DNA from: Eutreptiella sp. 'Long Island Sound 2002'
Taxonomy: Eukaryota > Protista > Euglenida
Assembly (NCBI GenBank): GCA_964036045.1
Contig: OZ038378.1
Span: 165,230,001-165,294,000 of the forward strand
DNA length: 64,000 nt
Direction of reading: 5' to 3'
Shown here: positions 34,116-46,100 of the stretch, one piece after another
Layout of the letters: the number at the start of each line of letters is the position of its first letter
Position numbering within the stretch: the first letter of the stretch is position 1
Program-made: the position numbers and the translations under genes
Notes under the pieces: model-generated
What the model saw: the letters and a program-made list of their open reading frames with translations, nothing else
Databases searched by the model: none
Told to the model about the DNA's origin: nothing

Positions 34116-37100
34116 GAGCTGCCGGCTCTCGGCGCGGACCCCGTGCCAGCTGATAGCCGGGAAAGGGTGTCCACTCCCCGTGTCTCCACCACACGTTGAT
34201 CGATCTGTGCTTGGGCCGGGCTAAACTTGCCGGGTCCGGGCATAGACCCTGGTAGTTTCTCCCCCCGACCCCCAAAATCAACACGACCAGCTTACCACGG
34301 ACACCTTTGTGATAGACCCGGCGCGGGACTGGAACCCATGGCCAAGCGACCACTTCAAGGCCCTGCTTGCTGGTGTGTTCCACGTCCCTTCTAGTGGAAC
34401 TCCGCTATGGAGTACATTTGAAACTTGGGCGTGGACTAGGGTTCACTGTGGTGCGGGCGCAACGCGTAGACAATTAGTCCGGGGCTGATCACTTCGTACC
34501 CCCATGATGGAGCTAACCCGATGAGAGGTGTCGTCGTTTCCACCGTGTTCCTATGAGCCACTTATAGACGAGCGCCAGGATCTGTGCAACCCATGCGGCG
34601 TTCTGTTTGCGGTTCTCAAAGTCGACAAGTTCGGATGCTCAAGACATGGTACACGCGGAGGTGTAGGCCAAAGCGAGACACACAAAGCAAAGAGAGCAAT
34701 TTGAACTCGCCATCACAGCTGTGCTGCCCGAAGGCGTACCCATAGATCAGTGTACGTTAGCTGAGGTTGATGTCTGACTAGGCGCAGGGCCTGAACAAAC
34801 AAAGTTCTCAAGCGTACGTGCTCCGTTCTCGGCTTCCCATCGGGGAGGATGTACAGAGTAATAGTGCGTTCCGGTGCTCCATATGATAGTTCCCACAAAC
34901 GTCGCCTCACGGGCCATGGATCGGGCGGGGGCATGTTGGGGAAATTGTCCCACAGTAGCTCGGTGACACCACGTAGACTCTCTGGGCGCACCGGATCAAA
35001 TGTCCACCAATATTGTAGAGGCAGGTGCCTGCGCAAATCCCTCCCGTCCAGGACACCCGCGATGCAAACTGGCACACGATAAACGAAAGGTATGACGTTG
35101 ATCATGATCATGAGCAGAGCTGGGTGTGGCCACCCAGGGGCATGCAACTGGTGAGAGGTCCAAGATGCGGCTGACCGCAGGGTGGTTGGCAAAGGACTCC
35201 AATGAAAGGTGTAAACTGCAGTGGCAGGGTGGCAAGCCGAAAAATGTGGCACCACGGGCAGCGTGAGCGAATGGTGATCGCGGTGCAGGGCCGCCAATTC
35301 GTTGAGCAAAAAAGTCACAACGTGCCTCAAGGCATTGCGGGTCATGCCTCTGGACAAAATCAAAGAGACGTCCTGGGGACTGATCTCCCCAGTGAAACCG
35401 ATCTGGACATAGGGGTATGGCGACGTTGCGTGGAAAGGGTCGGATCCATAACGGATGCCAAAAAGTTCAGTGCCATGCAGGATGCGAACATCATGTTTTG
35501 TAACCGCTAGAACCCTCCAACGTGGGCAAAACTCCTGGAACTTCAAAAGCAGACGGGAATGAAAGAAAACACGCAGAAGAGGCAGAACAATGCAAGAGTC
35601 CACGTAGTGACGCATGGTCATAGTGGCACCACAGAACGGGCAAACGGAGGCAGAAGGGGTTCCAAGATTGTGTCGGATGGCAACCACAATGAGATGCACT
35701 GCCCAGGTGAGGTAGCCACGCATGACAATTTCCTCGTAGAACCGAAAACACGAGTCTGTTTGGACCGGTTGTCGCCCAGCTGCCCGCTGGACATTCGCTC
35801 GGAGACCACGCCGTAGTAAACAAACCGGGTCATGCACCTGGTGTGACGGTTCCTCTGCCACGTTCTCAAAACATACTAGAGGTTCTTGTATGGGTGAGAT
35901 CCAACCCATACGAGGGGTTTGGGATAAAGCGGTATCCTTCGCCACCGTATCGACGCTCTCCAGGACGGTGTCCAGAAAGGTACCATGCAGATGTGAATAG
36001 AGATGTCGTGGAACTTCCCACTGGGCAGACAAATCACGGCACACCGCGAGGAGGGCCGCCACAAAAGGGCAGGATCCGTCATTGCGACTCTCCAGGGCCG
36101 TAATATAGGACTTGGAGTCCGAGAACGTCCAAGTGTTGTGCTTATACAGGGCGACGGTCGGGCGACGGGCACGAAGAACAGCCCAGGCAACGTATAATTC
36201 AGCTTGATAGCTGTTGTTGCAGAAGATGGGGATGCGTATCGGGTATACGGTGTAGGCACCAGTGTCCAGATTGAGGACCGCCACTGCCCCTCCTGAGTGA
36301 TGATGTCCCGGGAACCAGGACGCATCATGAATATAGGCCGTGGGATGGCCCTGAGATGCAGGCAGGTCTAGGACCTCGGGAGACAACGCTTGCAAATCCG
36401 TGGAGAAAGGCGGTTGACCATTTGGAACAGGTACAAACCTGCAGGGCCAGCCTGCCCGCTGTGCCGCTAAAGAGGAAGAATAGCCCGCCTCCATCCAGGA
36501 GTGGACATCATCCGCCTGCCACTCATGCTGGCATTGGTGCATAGGATGCGGCACCAAGGGAGCGTGTACGGGCGAAACCGGTACATGAACTGCTAGGCAC
36601 AAACGGTGACATAAAATGAGGAAGCGGCTATGGTCATCAGCATGCACCAAACACTCCTGGGCGTGATACGGACTGGACAGACACGACATGCGCGGGTTGA
36701 ACCGTAGCTTCGCTTGCAACAGACCATGGCGGGTAGAGGACCGAACAGAGGGGTTGTCATGATTCAATTGGCGGATGTAAACCTCCATGAAGGAACTGTA
36801 CATGATGTAGGGGGAGTTTTCCAAACCCACCCACCCCGTATCCAGAGGCTGTAAAAAGGCTTCTGGAGGGAGGGCGTCCGCCTCCAGTCGCCAAATAGAG
36901 CGCAAACGGGATGCCAAGGGCAGATCGCCCAAACGCATCGCACGATACAGAGGGGGGCGGATCTGGGAGCACCAGCGCTGAGTGCCTCCAGCTACACTAT
37001 TGTACATGCTAACCGGATAGTGCGACGGCAGGGACATTTGGGTGACCGCTGCTGTAGCGCGTCGTCCCGCCTTCATATACTTGGCCAGATCCTGACGGTG

Positions 37101-40100
37101 GTACTGCTGCGGTAGGGCATGCGGCCCAAAAGACGGATATAATCCGTGGCCGTCGGACGCCGTAAAGGGGACCCTAGCATATAGAGGGGCTCCTCCAGAA
37201 AGATGACACGATTCAGGCGAAGTTCGGTGCCTACTGCTAACGTTTTCAGGTTGTCAGAAAATAAGTTGGTGGCTGCACCTGCAGCCGGTAGCTGAGCTAG
37301 AAGATTCTGGGCATCAGCATGGGTGGATGCCAACCACGACGTGTCATCGATCCAACCCAGGCGGCGCAAGGACCCTGCAGGCGCTGTAACACACCCAGCA
37401 ACTAATAGAACAAAGGCTGCGCGTAACTCACCCAAGAGGCAGTAAAGAAGAGCGGACAAGGGGTCTCCCTGCCCCATACCAGTTTCATAGCGCGCAAACG
37501 CCTCTTCCACACCTTGATAACCGCCCATATGCAATAGCATGGCACGGGTTGCGTACACAAGCAAGCTTGCGGCCGAAGGGTCAACACCCACAGCCAATAA
37601 AGCGGCTTGCACAGTGTCATGAGCCAAGGAGCCGAAAGCATGAATGACATCATCCAGGATGAGCCAGGCCGAAAGGCCCTGAGCCCAACGCGAGAGAAGC
37701 CAATCATGCACCACACGAAGGACATCCACTACGGATGTCCGCTCCCACATGGCAAATTGTTCCCTGGAGATCCGGAGCTGTGCACACAAAAACTTTTGAA
37801 GGTGCCCCGCAAGGTGCATAGAAAGCACTTTCCACAGAACGGATAAATTGCTTAAGGGGCGGCCATTGCCCACGATACCATTGGGTTGCTTTTTGGGCAA
37901 GAGAGTAAAATCGCCATGGTGCATTCCGGGAACGCGAGCACCTTGTAACAACAAGTTGTAAAAAGACACGGGGACGACCAGATTGGCATCCGACAAACGA
38001 CGGAGCAAAACATACTCCACTAGATCCCTAAATGGCGTAGTGTGGGGGGTCTGATCTAGAATGAGGCGTATGGCGGGTACCGTGAGGAGGGGAAAACGAA
38101 AGCTGTCAGATAAATGTGCCCACCCCATCATGTTGCGGATGTACGGCACGGATAAACTGCTCAAAGGGGCTAGGTGTCTTTGACACAATTGGTCCAATGT
38201 GACATGAGCACGGAGACGAGGGCACACTGATAAGTGAACTGCATATTTGGGTTCTACGGAGGGGCTGAAGGAGCCCTTGAAGATGCGGCGATAAGCCTTT
38301 GTAGAGGGGTGATCGTGTCGAGTGGTACGGACCAAGCCCAACTGCGACGCTAAATTGGTGATGTACCACGCGGTATGGACCGCTCGACGCAACGTGAGAA
38401 CCTGGTGCAAGTGCTCCAGCTTAGTCCACCAGGTGGGATGCCCGCGCAGGTAGGTGGACAGATGCTCTTGTTGCAACCGGACTAGGACCGGAATTCGGTC
38501 ATACGCTACGGGCTCACCATAGGCGTCCCGCGCAGCTTCAACCAGAGCATCACGGAGGCGAACAAAAATGGTCTCAGCCACAGATACCTCCAATCGTTCA
38601 GTACGACCAGCAAAGGATGCATTGAACGCTGACGTGTACTTCTCAGGGTCCGGCGGAAACAAACGGAACCGTTTACGATGCTCAAGAATCGCTACCGGCG
38701 CTGGCGCCGAGACATGCGTCAAATGCAAGGTGATGGGGCTGTGGTCTGACGGGAAGAAGGCATCTGAATGAACCTCACAGCGAGCACCAGGCAAACCAAC
38801 GGGTACCAGGAAATGGTCCAAAACATTGAAATAGCCTTGGGCCCCCACCCAAGTCGGGAGTTCCACTCGAGGGCGCACGTGAAACAAAGACGTTTCCTCC
38901 AAAAAATTGGAGAACATTCATTTCATATCCGAAAAAGACTGGGGGAAGTGCTCCGCCCATCCGGGGTTTTGATTTATATCCCCAAAGGCTAAAAACAGAT
39001 ACTGATGTGAGGCCAAGATGTGACCCAAGACCCACTCCAAGATTGGCTCATAGCTTTCCACTGGGCCAGATGCTGGTAGGTACAAGCCCACCGCAAAAAT
39101 TGAGCATCCCGCTAGGCTGAACCATACCGCTACTCCGTGTCCATCGGATCGTATGTCTACTCTGTGAAAGACGTAGGAGTCATCCCGGCGTATCAGAATA
39201 GCCACTCCTAAGCACTTTCTGGACACTGTGCTGAAGAATGCTGCATATAGAGGGTGTATTGAGAACCCTTCCGGGAGGGAGCCGACCTCCTGTAGTGATA
39301 CTACGTCCGGGTAAGAAAAGGATTGTAAAAGGGATGACAGAGCCCGTACCTTGGGCCTCAAGGTTTGCTGGACGTTCAAAGAAAGAAAATGCATGCCATC
39401 GGGGGGAGGGGCATCTGATGTTGTTTGAACATCTTGTAGAACCGCTGATTTCCAAACTGCCATGCGTCGGTCCAACGCCTCGAGATGATACAGAGCTCGA
39501 GAACTGGTCGCTTCCGGTACCGATCCGGGAGGCAGCCTACGCAAATGGCGACGCATAAGCGTCGAATTCAGACAAAGGAACAAAACTGAGACACTGTTCA
39601 GGGCCGAGGAATGTAAGCGCAGAGCAAAACGGGTAATGAGTGCTTTGGAGAGCTTGCAAACAGATCCCTCCGGAAAGGGTGGAAACATGTCAGAACACGC
39701 ACTGGAGGTAGCCTCCAGCTGATGTTCACCTCGCAGCTGTAGCAGCACGCCACGGTGAGATGTATTGAGGGGGGATCGTGGTACGTCAAAAGGCCCTTTG
39801 ACAGCGAAAATTGTCATGAGGCACGGAGGCAGAAAGGGGAGGGACAGAAGAGCGTCCGGGATGTCCGTCATCCCCTGGAAAAAGCCCGACGCCGTGAAGT
39901 GACAACCCCAGGCACGGGATGTCGAATGGTTCAAGGATGTTTGAACAACATCCCGTATAGCCGAAAAGGAGATTCGAACTACATCATGCTCACAATCCTG
40001 TGGAGCCAACACATAAGGAGCCGGCGGCTTCGTGGTCGCAGACTGCGCATCAGGGACGCGTATCCGTTATCGGAGATGCCGGCACTGGGGGGGGGGGTAG

Positions 40101-43100
40101 GATGGGGGAGGTGGGTATGAGGGGTACGTTACTGCTGGTACTGAGGACGGCGAGGGTGGTGGAGGAGCAGGAGAGGGTGTGGCATACATCGCAGACGTTG
40201 GTTGAGCGCCAGGGGCTGTATAGGGCGAGGGGCTGGGATGGTACGTCGGCGGCGCCGGCGGATAGGTGTATGAGGGATACCCAGCATAGGCATACATATA
40301 AGGTGTGGGGGTCGGGGCTGCATATTGCTGCGCAGTGTGGGGGGGTGCGGGGGGGGGCGGTTGAGGGGCTGGCTTCTGTGCGAGCCCTCTTGTTGGGCGG
40401 TGCGGAGCCCCATGGCCTCCACGGCTGAGTGTCCGCTTGGCGGAAAGTGAAAGTGAAATGCGTATCCTCATAGGTGGACTGCGACTGCAAAACAGTAGAC
40501 GCGGCATGAGTAATTCCTACGACGGAATAACCGCCGTTGAGACCATCCGTGACCTGACGGATGTACTGGTCCTCCACACGAGCAACTTGATCGTTGCCAA
40601 AAATGGTGCGCAGGACGCCCCCTAGCTTCGGGGCAGAACAAGGCCGAGTGACCTTAGGCTTAGCCGTCCACCGAATATACACGGCGAGGGGGTAGCTGTC
40701 TGCATCCGCCCCGCCACCCCGTGAGGGGGTTCGTGCCGAGGACGCTTGAGAACCAGCTGCCTGATTCTGAGCATGGGCTGTCTCTACTGAGGATGGCACA
40801 GGAACCAGGGCTGAGGAAGTTCCTGCAGCCGCTGGTTGCATGGTTTTCTGGACCAAAAAGGCTTGGACTGCCGCGGCCCAAGTGGGATGATGCGAAGAAT
40901 TTCTGGAAAGGTATTCCCACTGTGCATAAAGAGACTCGCGCGGGAACTCAGGTCCCAGGCTGTCTGTAACACGTCAAATTCATATAAAGATGAAAGGCTC
41001 GGGCAGACTCTGATTCCTGGCCTGCGGGAATGGCATTGAGCCACTGCAGAAATTTGGGGAGAGGATCCGTTGAGGCGGGAGAGGGGGGATCTGAAGATGC
41101 CGGTGTGGCTGCCGCAGACGGCGCAGAGGCCACCGGGGCCAGAGCGGGCTGCGGAGCCGCGTCCACAGCTGCAGGGAGAGCAGGGGTAGAATCCGAGGGG
41201 GCCAGGGCATCAAAACGCACTACACGTTCTGCCCGGAAGGCCCGTTGCAAGTCTTTCCGGTCACTGGGGGCAATACCCAGCATAGTGGCGATGGACACCA
41301 CTAGCGGGACAGAGGGGAGGAAAAGCTCATGATCATGCGCCAAAAGGGCAAAGCGGTCCCGTGGTATCAAAGCTGTCAACACAGTGTGTACACGGGAGGC
41401 ACTGATATCAGTGCGACGTAAAACATCACGGAGTAGACTCATAATGAGGCCCATGTCTGGCATTTGGGGCCGCGGTGCTCGTTTCTGGAGTTGCGCATTT
41501 TCCGCGCGCAAAGACTGGAGATCATTCTCGAAAATGGTCACCTTGTGGCGGAGATCACGTAGGGCCATGTCATGGGAGTTGCTCTGTGCCTGCACAGCTG
41601 CCTTATGATGTGCCGCTTGTGCCGCAATCTCGGACTGGTGCTCTTCTCGTAGTCTTACTAAGGCTCGGTCGTGCTGTGCCAGAAGTTCACTGACATCATA
41701 ATCCGGCGGATGGCCAGATGAGGCACCAAAGCAAAGTCGCTGAGGTGGTAAGGCATCTTCCGGGGATCTCATGAGGGAGGGTCCGACTGCGGCGCCAACA
41801 GCGCCTTCTTGGGTGCAGGTGAGGTCTACCGGAGTAGCAGAAAAATCAAGGTATGCAGGCATAGATGACACCGGGGACCCTTGGTCAACATTGATGGCAT
41901 CAATCGTGGGTAGCGCGGGTTGAGCCGCTGGAACTGCAGGGGATAGCAGACTATAGGTACCAGACACAAGCTGAAATGGAGTCCCAGGGGTGTAGTGCCG
42001 GAGCCACTTGCTGAGGCTGATCATAGGGGCATGGCCACATTCAAGGACGGCCAGAATTGGCGCTGTAGCCCAGGATAAAAGGGCACCACCTACGAGGTCT
42101 CAGAGTTCCGACACAGATCCAACAGGACGAGCGAGGCCTCATAGGCCGCGGCAGCGGTGTTGATGGACACGACATCCAGCACTGGGGCACGCTTGGGGAA
42201 CGGCGCACCGAGCACAAAGCTGCCAAAGCTGCCAGCCCAGGACAGCAAGGCGCAATGCAGCTCATCCAGAGGCGCTGGTTTAGATATGGTGATCGTGGCC
42301 TCAATCGGCTTGGGTAGCTCCCACATAATGGACAGGGCGTCAGGGGCCGGTAGACGAGACCAGAAATCACGAACCTCCCCAAAGGGGAGATAATCCGCCA
42401 CCGGCTTGATGAGCTTGGTTTTCAGCGTTGCGTTCGGCACTCCACGTACTTGATTGGGTTCTTTGACTCCAAGCATCCGAGTGATAGAGCCGTGAAGCTT
42501 GGCCGGGTCCAAGGGGCGATAATTGGGGGACCAATGTTCAATAAGGCGACGCGCCAAATCATCCGGGGGCAGTGGCAGGAAGCCTAGGAGCTTGGGGCCC
42601 GCGGCCACGGCGAGCGGCATGTGCGGAACGATAACCCGATCAGAGGACGTGATGATGGTGGACTGACAAGTGAGCAGCAGACCTTGGGGGTGTAGAACCG
42701 CACCGACGTTGGACACCGAGGAGACACGGCCCTTGTAAAGCGCCCAACGGAGCGCATCATTGACCCCGGAGGGGGGATTGTTCCACAGCTCTGGTAGGGA
42801 CTCACGAGCGGACTGTAGGATCCCAGGGTTCGTTTGGTTTTCCCACCGAGTCAGAAGATCATCGGCATACGGATCCGACGGCCGGCGCAAGGACAGATCA
42901 GTAAGAAGAGGGGAGACATGAGCCGACATGGCGGGATCAGGAGTCTGGACGCGCGAGTGTGGATAAAAGATTAGAGGTGGACCCCGAAGCAGGAATTAAG
43001 GTTTGCGTATAGGAACATTGTTTGGCACAAAAGCTTTTGCGCGCAAGTTGCAGTGCAAAAAGGAGCGGTGGCCTGGTCTGCAGCCCAGAGGGATTCGAAC

Positions 43101-46100
43101 CCGTAACCGTGATAACCCTATAGCGCATCGGTTTCCGCTAGACCACGGTCCCACCTTAACGGTTATGTGTGATTCTGCACCGACCAGGGTGAACGTTGCA
43201 CTAAGCCGGGCTTGAAATAGGGTTGACAGAAGTGTGAGTGCAACGCTATGACGACTAGACCGGAGCCGGGATCCCTAGGGAGCCACCTATAGCGCAAGTG
43301 GACAGCAGGCAGTAATCAGTGATAGAGCTTTGTTCCCCTGTTACTACTCATGGAGCGCAAAGCTGGTCTACGATAAAACCAGTGTCGTGGCGTTGTCGAG
43401 AAGGCACTGTGCCATGATACTCATGAAAAAGGGGGCTCGCGAGCAAAACGTGGAACAAATGCAAGGTGCAGACAGTGTACCAAAGCGGCCCCCCACCGGA
43501 TAGGTGTTGAATGGGATACCGCCCCACTGCCCACGAGTATGAGAAACACAGAGAGCATCACAAGATCACTATGAGGGAGCAAACGGGAACGGGTCCTGGC
43601 CAGGGTTGAGCGTTTGGCAGTTCAGATCAGGCACAAATCGACATACCCCTTCGGGTTCCGACTACCACGGCACAGGAAAGCAGGACGCCAGGTAAAATTT
43701 CATGGTACTGACGGCCACCATTCGTGCAGAAGGCTCAGGCATAGCAACTCCCCCTCCTCCTTGGGAGGGAGCACATCGCGCGGGGCGATTTGAGTCGCCA
43801 TACCTGGCACCTACAGTGGGTTCCACCCTCCCCCCGCGGGGAGGAGCACATCGCGTATGGCGAGTGAGGACAAGAGGCGGGACGGAGCACAAACAGTGGG
43901 CAAATCAAAGACAGGGCCGACATCTCCGAAGGTACACGCGGGTCAACAGGGGCCAGGGTGTCACGTTTGCTACTGACTCAGGTCACACAGCGTGGAGTAG
44001 ATTGGGCGCGAGGTCAAAAGATGGCAGTATCAGAGAGACCAAGGATGCACGGTAGGGGTGGCACAATCTGGCTTCAGCGTCTAAGTCTGAGAAGATACAA
44101 CGTTACTCTGCTTCGAGGTACACACGGATGTTAATGGTCGAAAGGAGGTGGGCGATACGCTTGCACTCTCACACGCGCCAATGGCTACTCACAGGGACAG
44201 AACGGAGGAGGTGCAAGCTCAGTAGGTTCCAGGATAGCAGAGGTAAAGAGTCAGAATCCGTCACACACACGTAGGGCACCAATCAGACTCCCGCAAGGAT
44301 TCCTGCGCCCGCACCAGCACCAGGATCAGCATCGGGTCCGCGGCGATCACTGTCATCGTTTCCCCGGCTCGGGAGCCGGCATGCTGACTCATAATCCATG
44401 GGGGGAAAGAGCCCCCGTGCAATCTCGTTGATCATGTTCGCAGATCCCAAAATGCGGAAGCGGGCAGGGCCGTTGTGGGACGTCAGTTCAACCGTCACAT
44501 AGCCATATTTACTGTTATCCCGGTGCAGTCGCCACCACCGAGGGTGGTAATGTTGACTGGGCGGTTTCACAGTGTGGGGGATCCATCGCACATCAGGCAG
44601 CACGGGACGTAGGGCGGTGATGACGGCGCCACGAAATCTCTGGAATGCAGACTCAGTGTGTTGCTGGGAGACAGGCGGGACCAGGCGCAACTCTATGGTT
44701 TCTCGGGAGTGAACGTGCAAAATGTACGCAGGGCACAAGGGCGCTTTTTCCCCGGCAATCCGTGAGGCATATCGAGCAGCACTGCGTCTCCGTTGATTCT
44801 TATACCCCTCATCGGACCTCTTGCGCTTGTCTTTGCCCATCGCTGGAACCAGACAGCAGGGCAAGGGCAACCAGGACAGTCAGCGATCAGCAGCACAAAT
44901 TATCGTGTCAAGTCTAAGATGAGAGGGGGGCAGTCACCCAAGGTGCAGGTGTAGAAGCGGAAATCTAGCAGGGACAGGATCGCACACAGGGGCCACAGAG
45001 GAGGAGCAGAAAGCGGGTTGTCACTCTAATAGGGGCAGCACTGCTGCGGTATCTACTATTCATACAAAAAGCTTGGGCACCCTCTCCCGAAACGAGAGAA
45101 CGCATCGCGCAGGGCGAGCTAGGTGAGGTCTAACGTTGAGACGACAGTGCACATGAGCGAGGGTCAATAAGGGTACAGGGGCACAGCACTAGCGGCACAG
45201 CGCAGCGGACGAAAACTAAGTGGTAAACCTTCAGGTGTTTGTGTTCGGCCCCCAGGCACTTTCTGCCGTTACCGGGTTCCTGGGCACTTTGTGCAGCTCC
45301 CATGCTGTCGTGAGGCGGTCCGCAGCTACTGTTATTAAACCGGTTTGTTCGAGCCAAAGCAGTTCGTGACTATTGGTGTGACCATCATGGCGGGGCAGAA
45401 AGAGATTGAGCATAATTTGCAGTTAGGCAGAATCGAGTGAGCAAAGCACAGCAGGAGCGCGGGACAAAGTGACGAATGCTCATCTGTTCCAGATTCCAAA
45501 GGATTGTGCCATCATGGAGTTGGGGGTTATCCCATTCGTGCTACCTTCAAAGTGTATCAAGTACGTACAAACTGTAGATTGTTTTGTCCAGGATATTAAA
45601 AGGTGGACAGCCCAAGGGCTTGCAGGTTCCCGGCGGGTACGGCCCCCCCGCCACCGAGTTCTGTAGCATGTGGAGATGACCCCCGTGCCCGCGACCCGTT
45701 CGCCCTAGTGCCCAGCATCCCGGCGTGGCGGGTGGCCTGCTACAGTCTGGTTGAGGATGTATTGAAACACACATGGGTCACGCAGCATAGCTGCACCCTC
45801 TTTCCGGCTTGTTCACAGCGGGGATAGCCCACCATGCCCCCACACCACGTCAAGGTGTCCGGCCCCCGGGTTGTAGGGGGGTGGGGGTGGGGGGACAGGG
45901 GGATACGAAGCCGGGGCCCAGCTGGTAGAGGCACAGCGTATGCTCTGCTGCCCCTCCGGCCACCACTCCTCAGGTCGACTGCTGCCGGTGCCACACCTGC
46001 GAAGATGGCAGTCTGGGCGCCGCCCGTGACAACGGCCGTGATCGGTTGCCCGTTGGGCGCTTCGAGGGGCTGCGGAGTGCCCCTATGCCACGTGTCCCCG

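Larger units (their letters stand above)
34200..45550 (-). mobile_element. Large intronic non-LTR retrotransposon (APE-RT-RNase H) with a long multi-ORF 5' region; ends approximate
   Basis: Co-oriented ORFs 34713..37076, 37073..38917, 38918..40012, 40050..40856, 40948..42024, 42090..42929 and 44283..44870 in a block free of host simple repeats. Confidence 0.7.

Noticed and set aside
34490-34545. Possible hammerhead ribozyme at the retroelement 3' end
   Set aside because: CCGATGA is present, but there is no correctly placed CTGATGA and GAAA core on either strand.
43079-43152. Functional tRNA gene
   Set aside because: The acceptor and anticodon stems do not pair and the T-stem has two mismatches.
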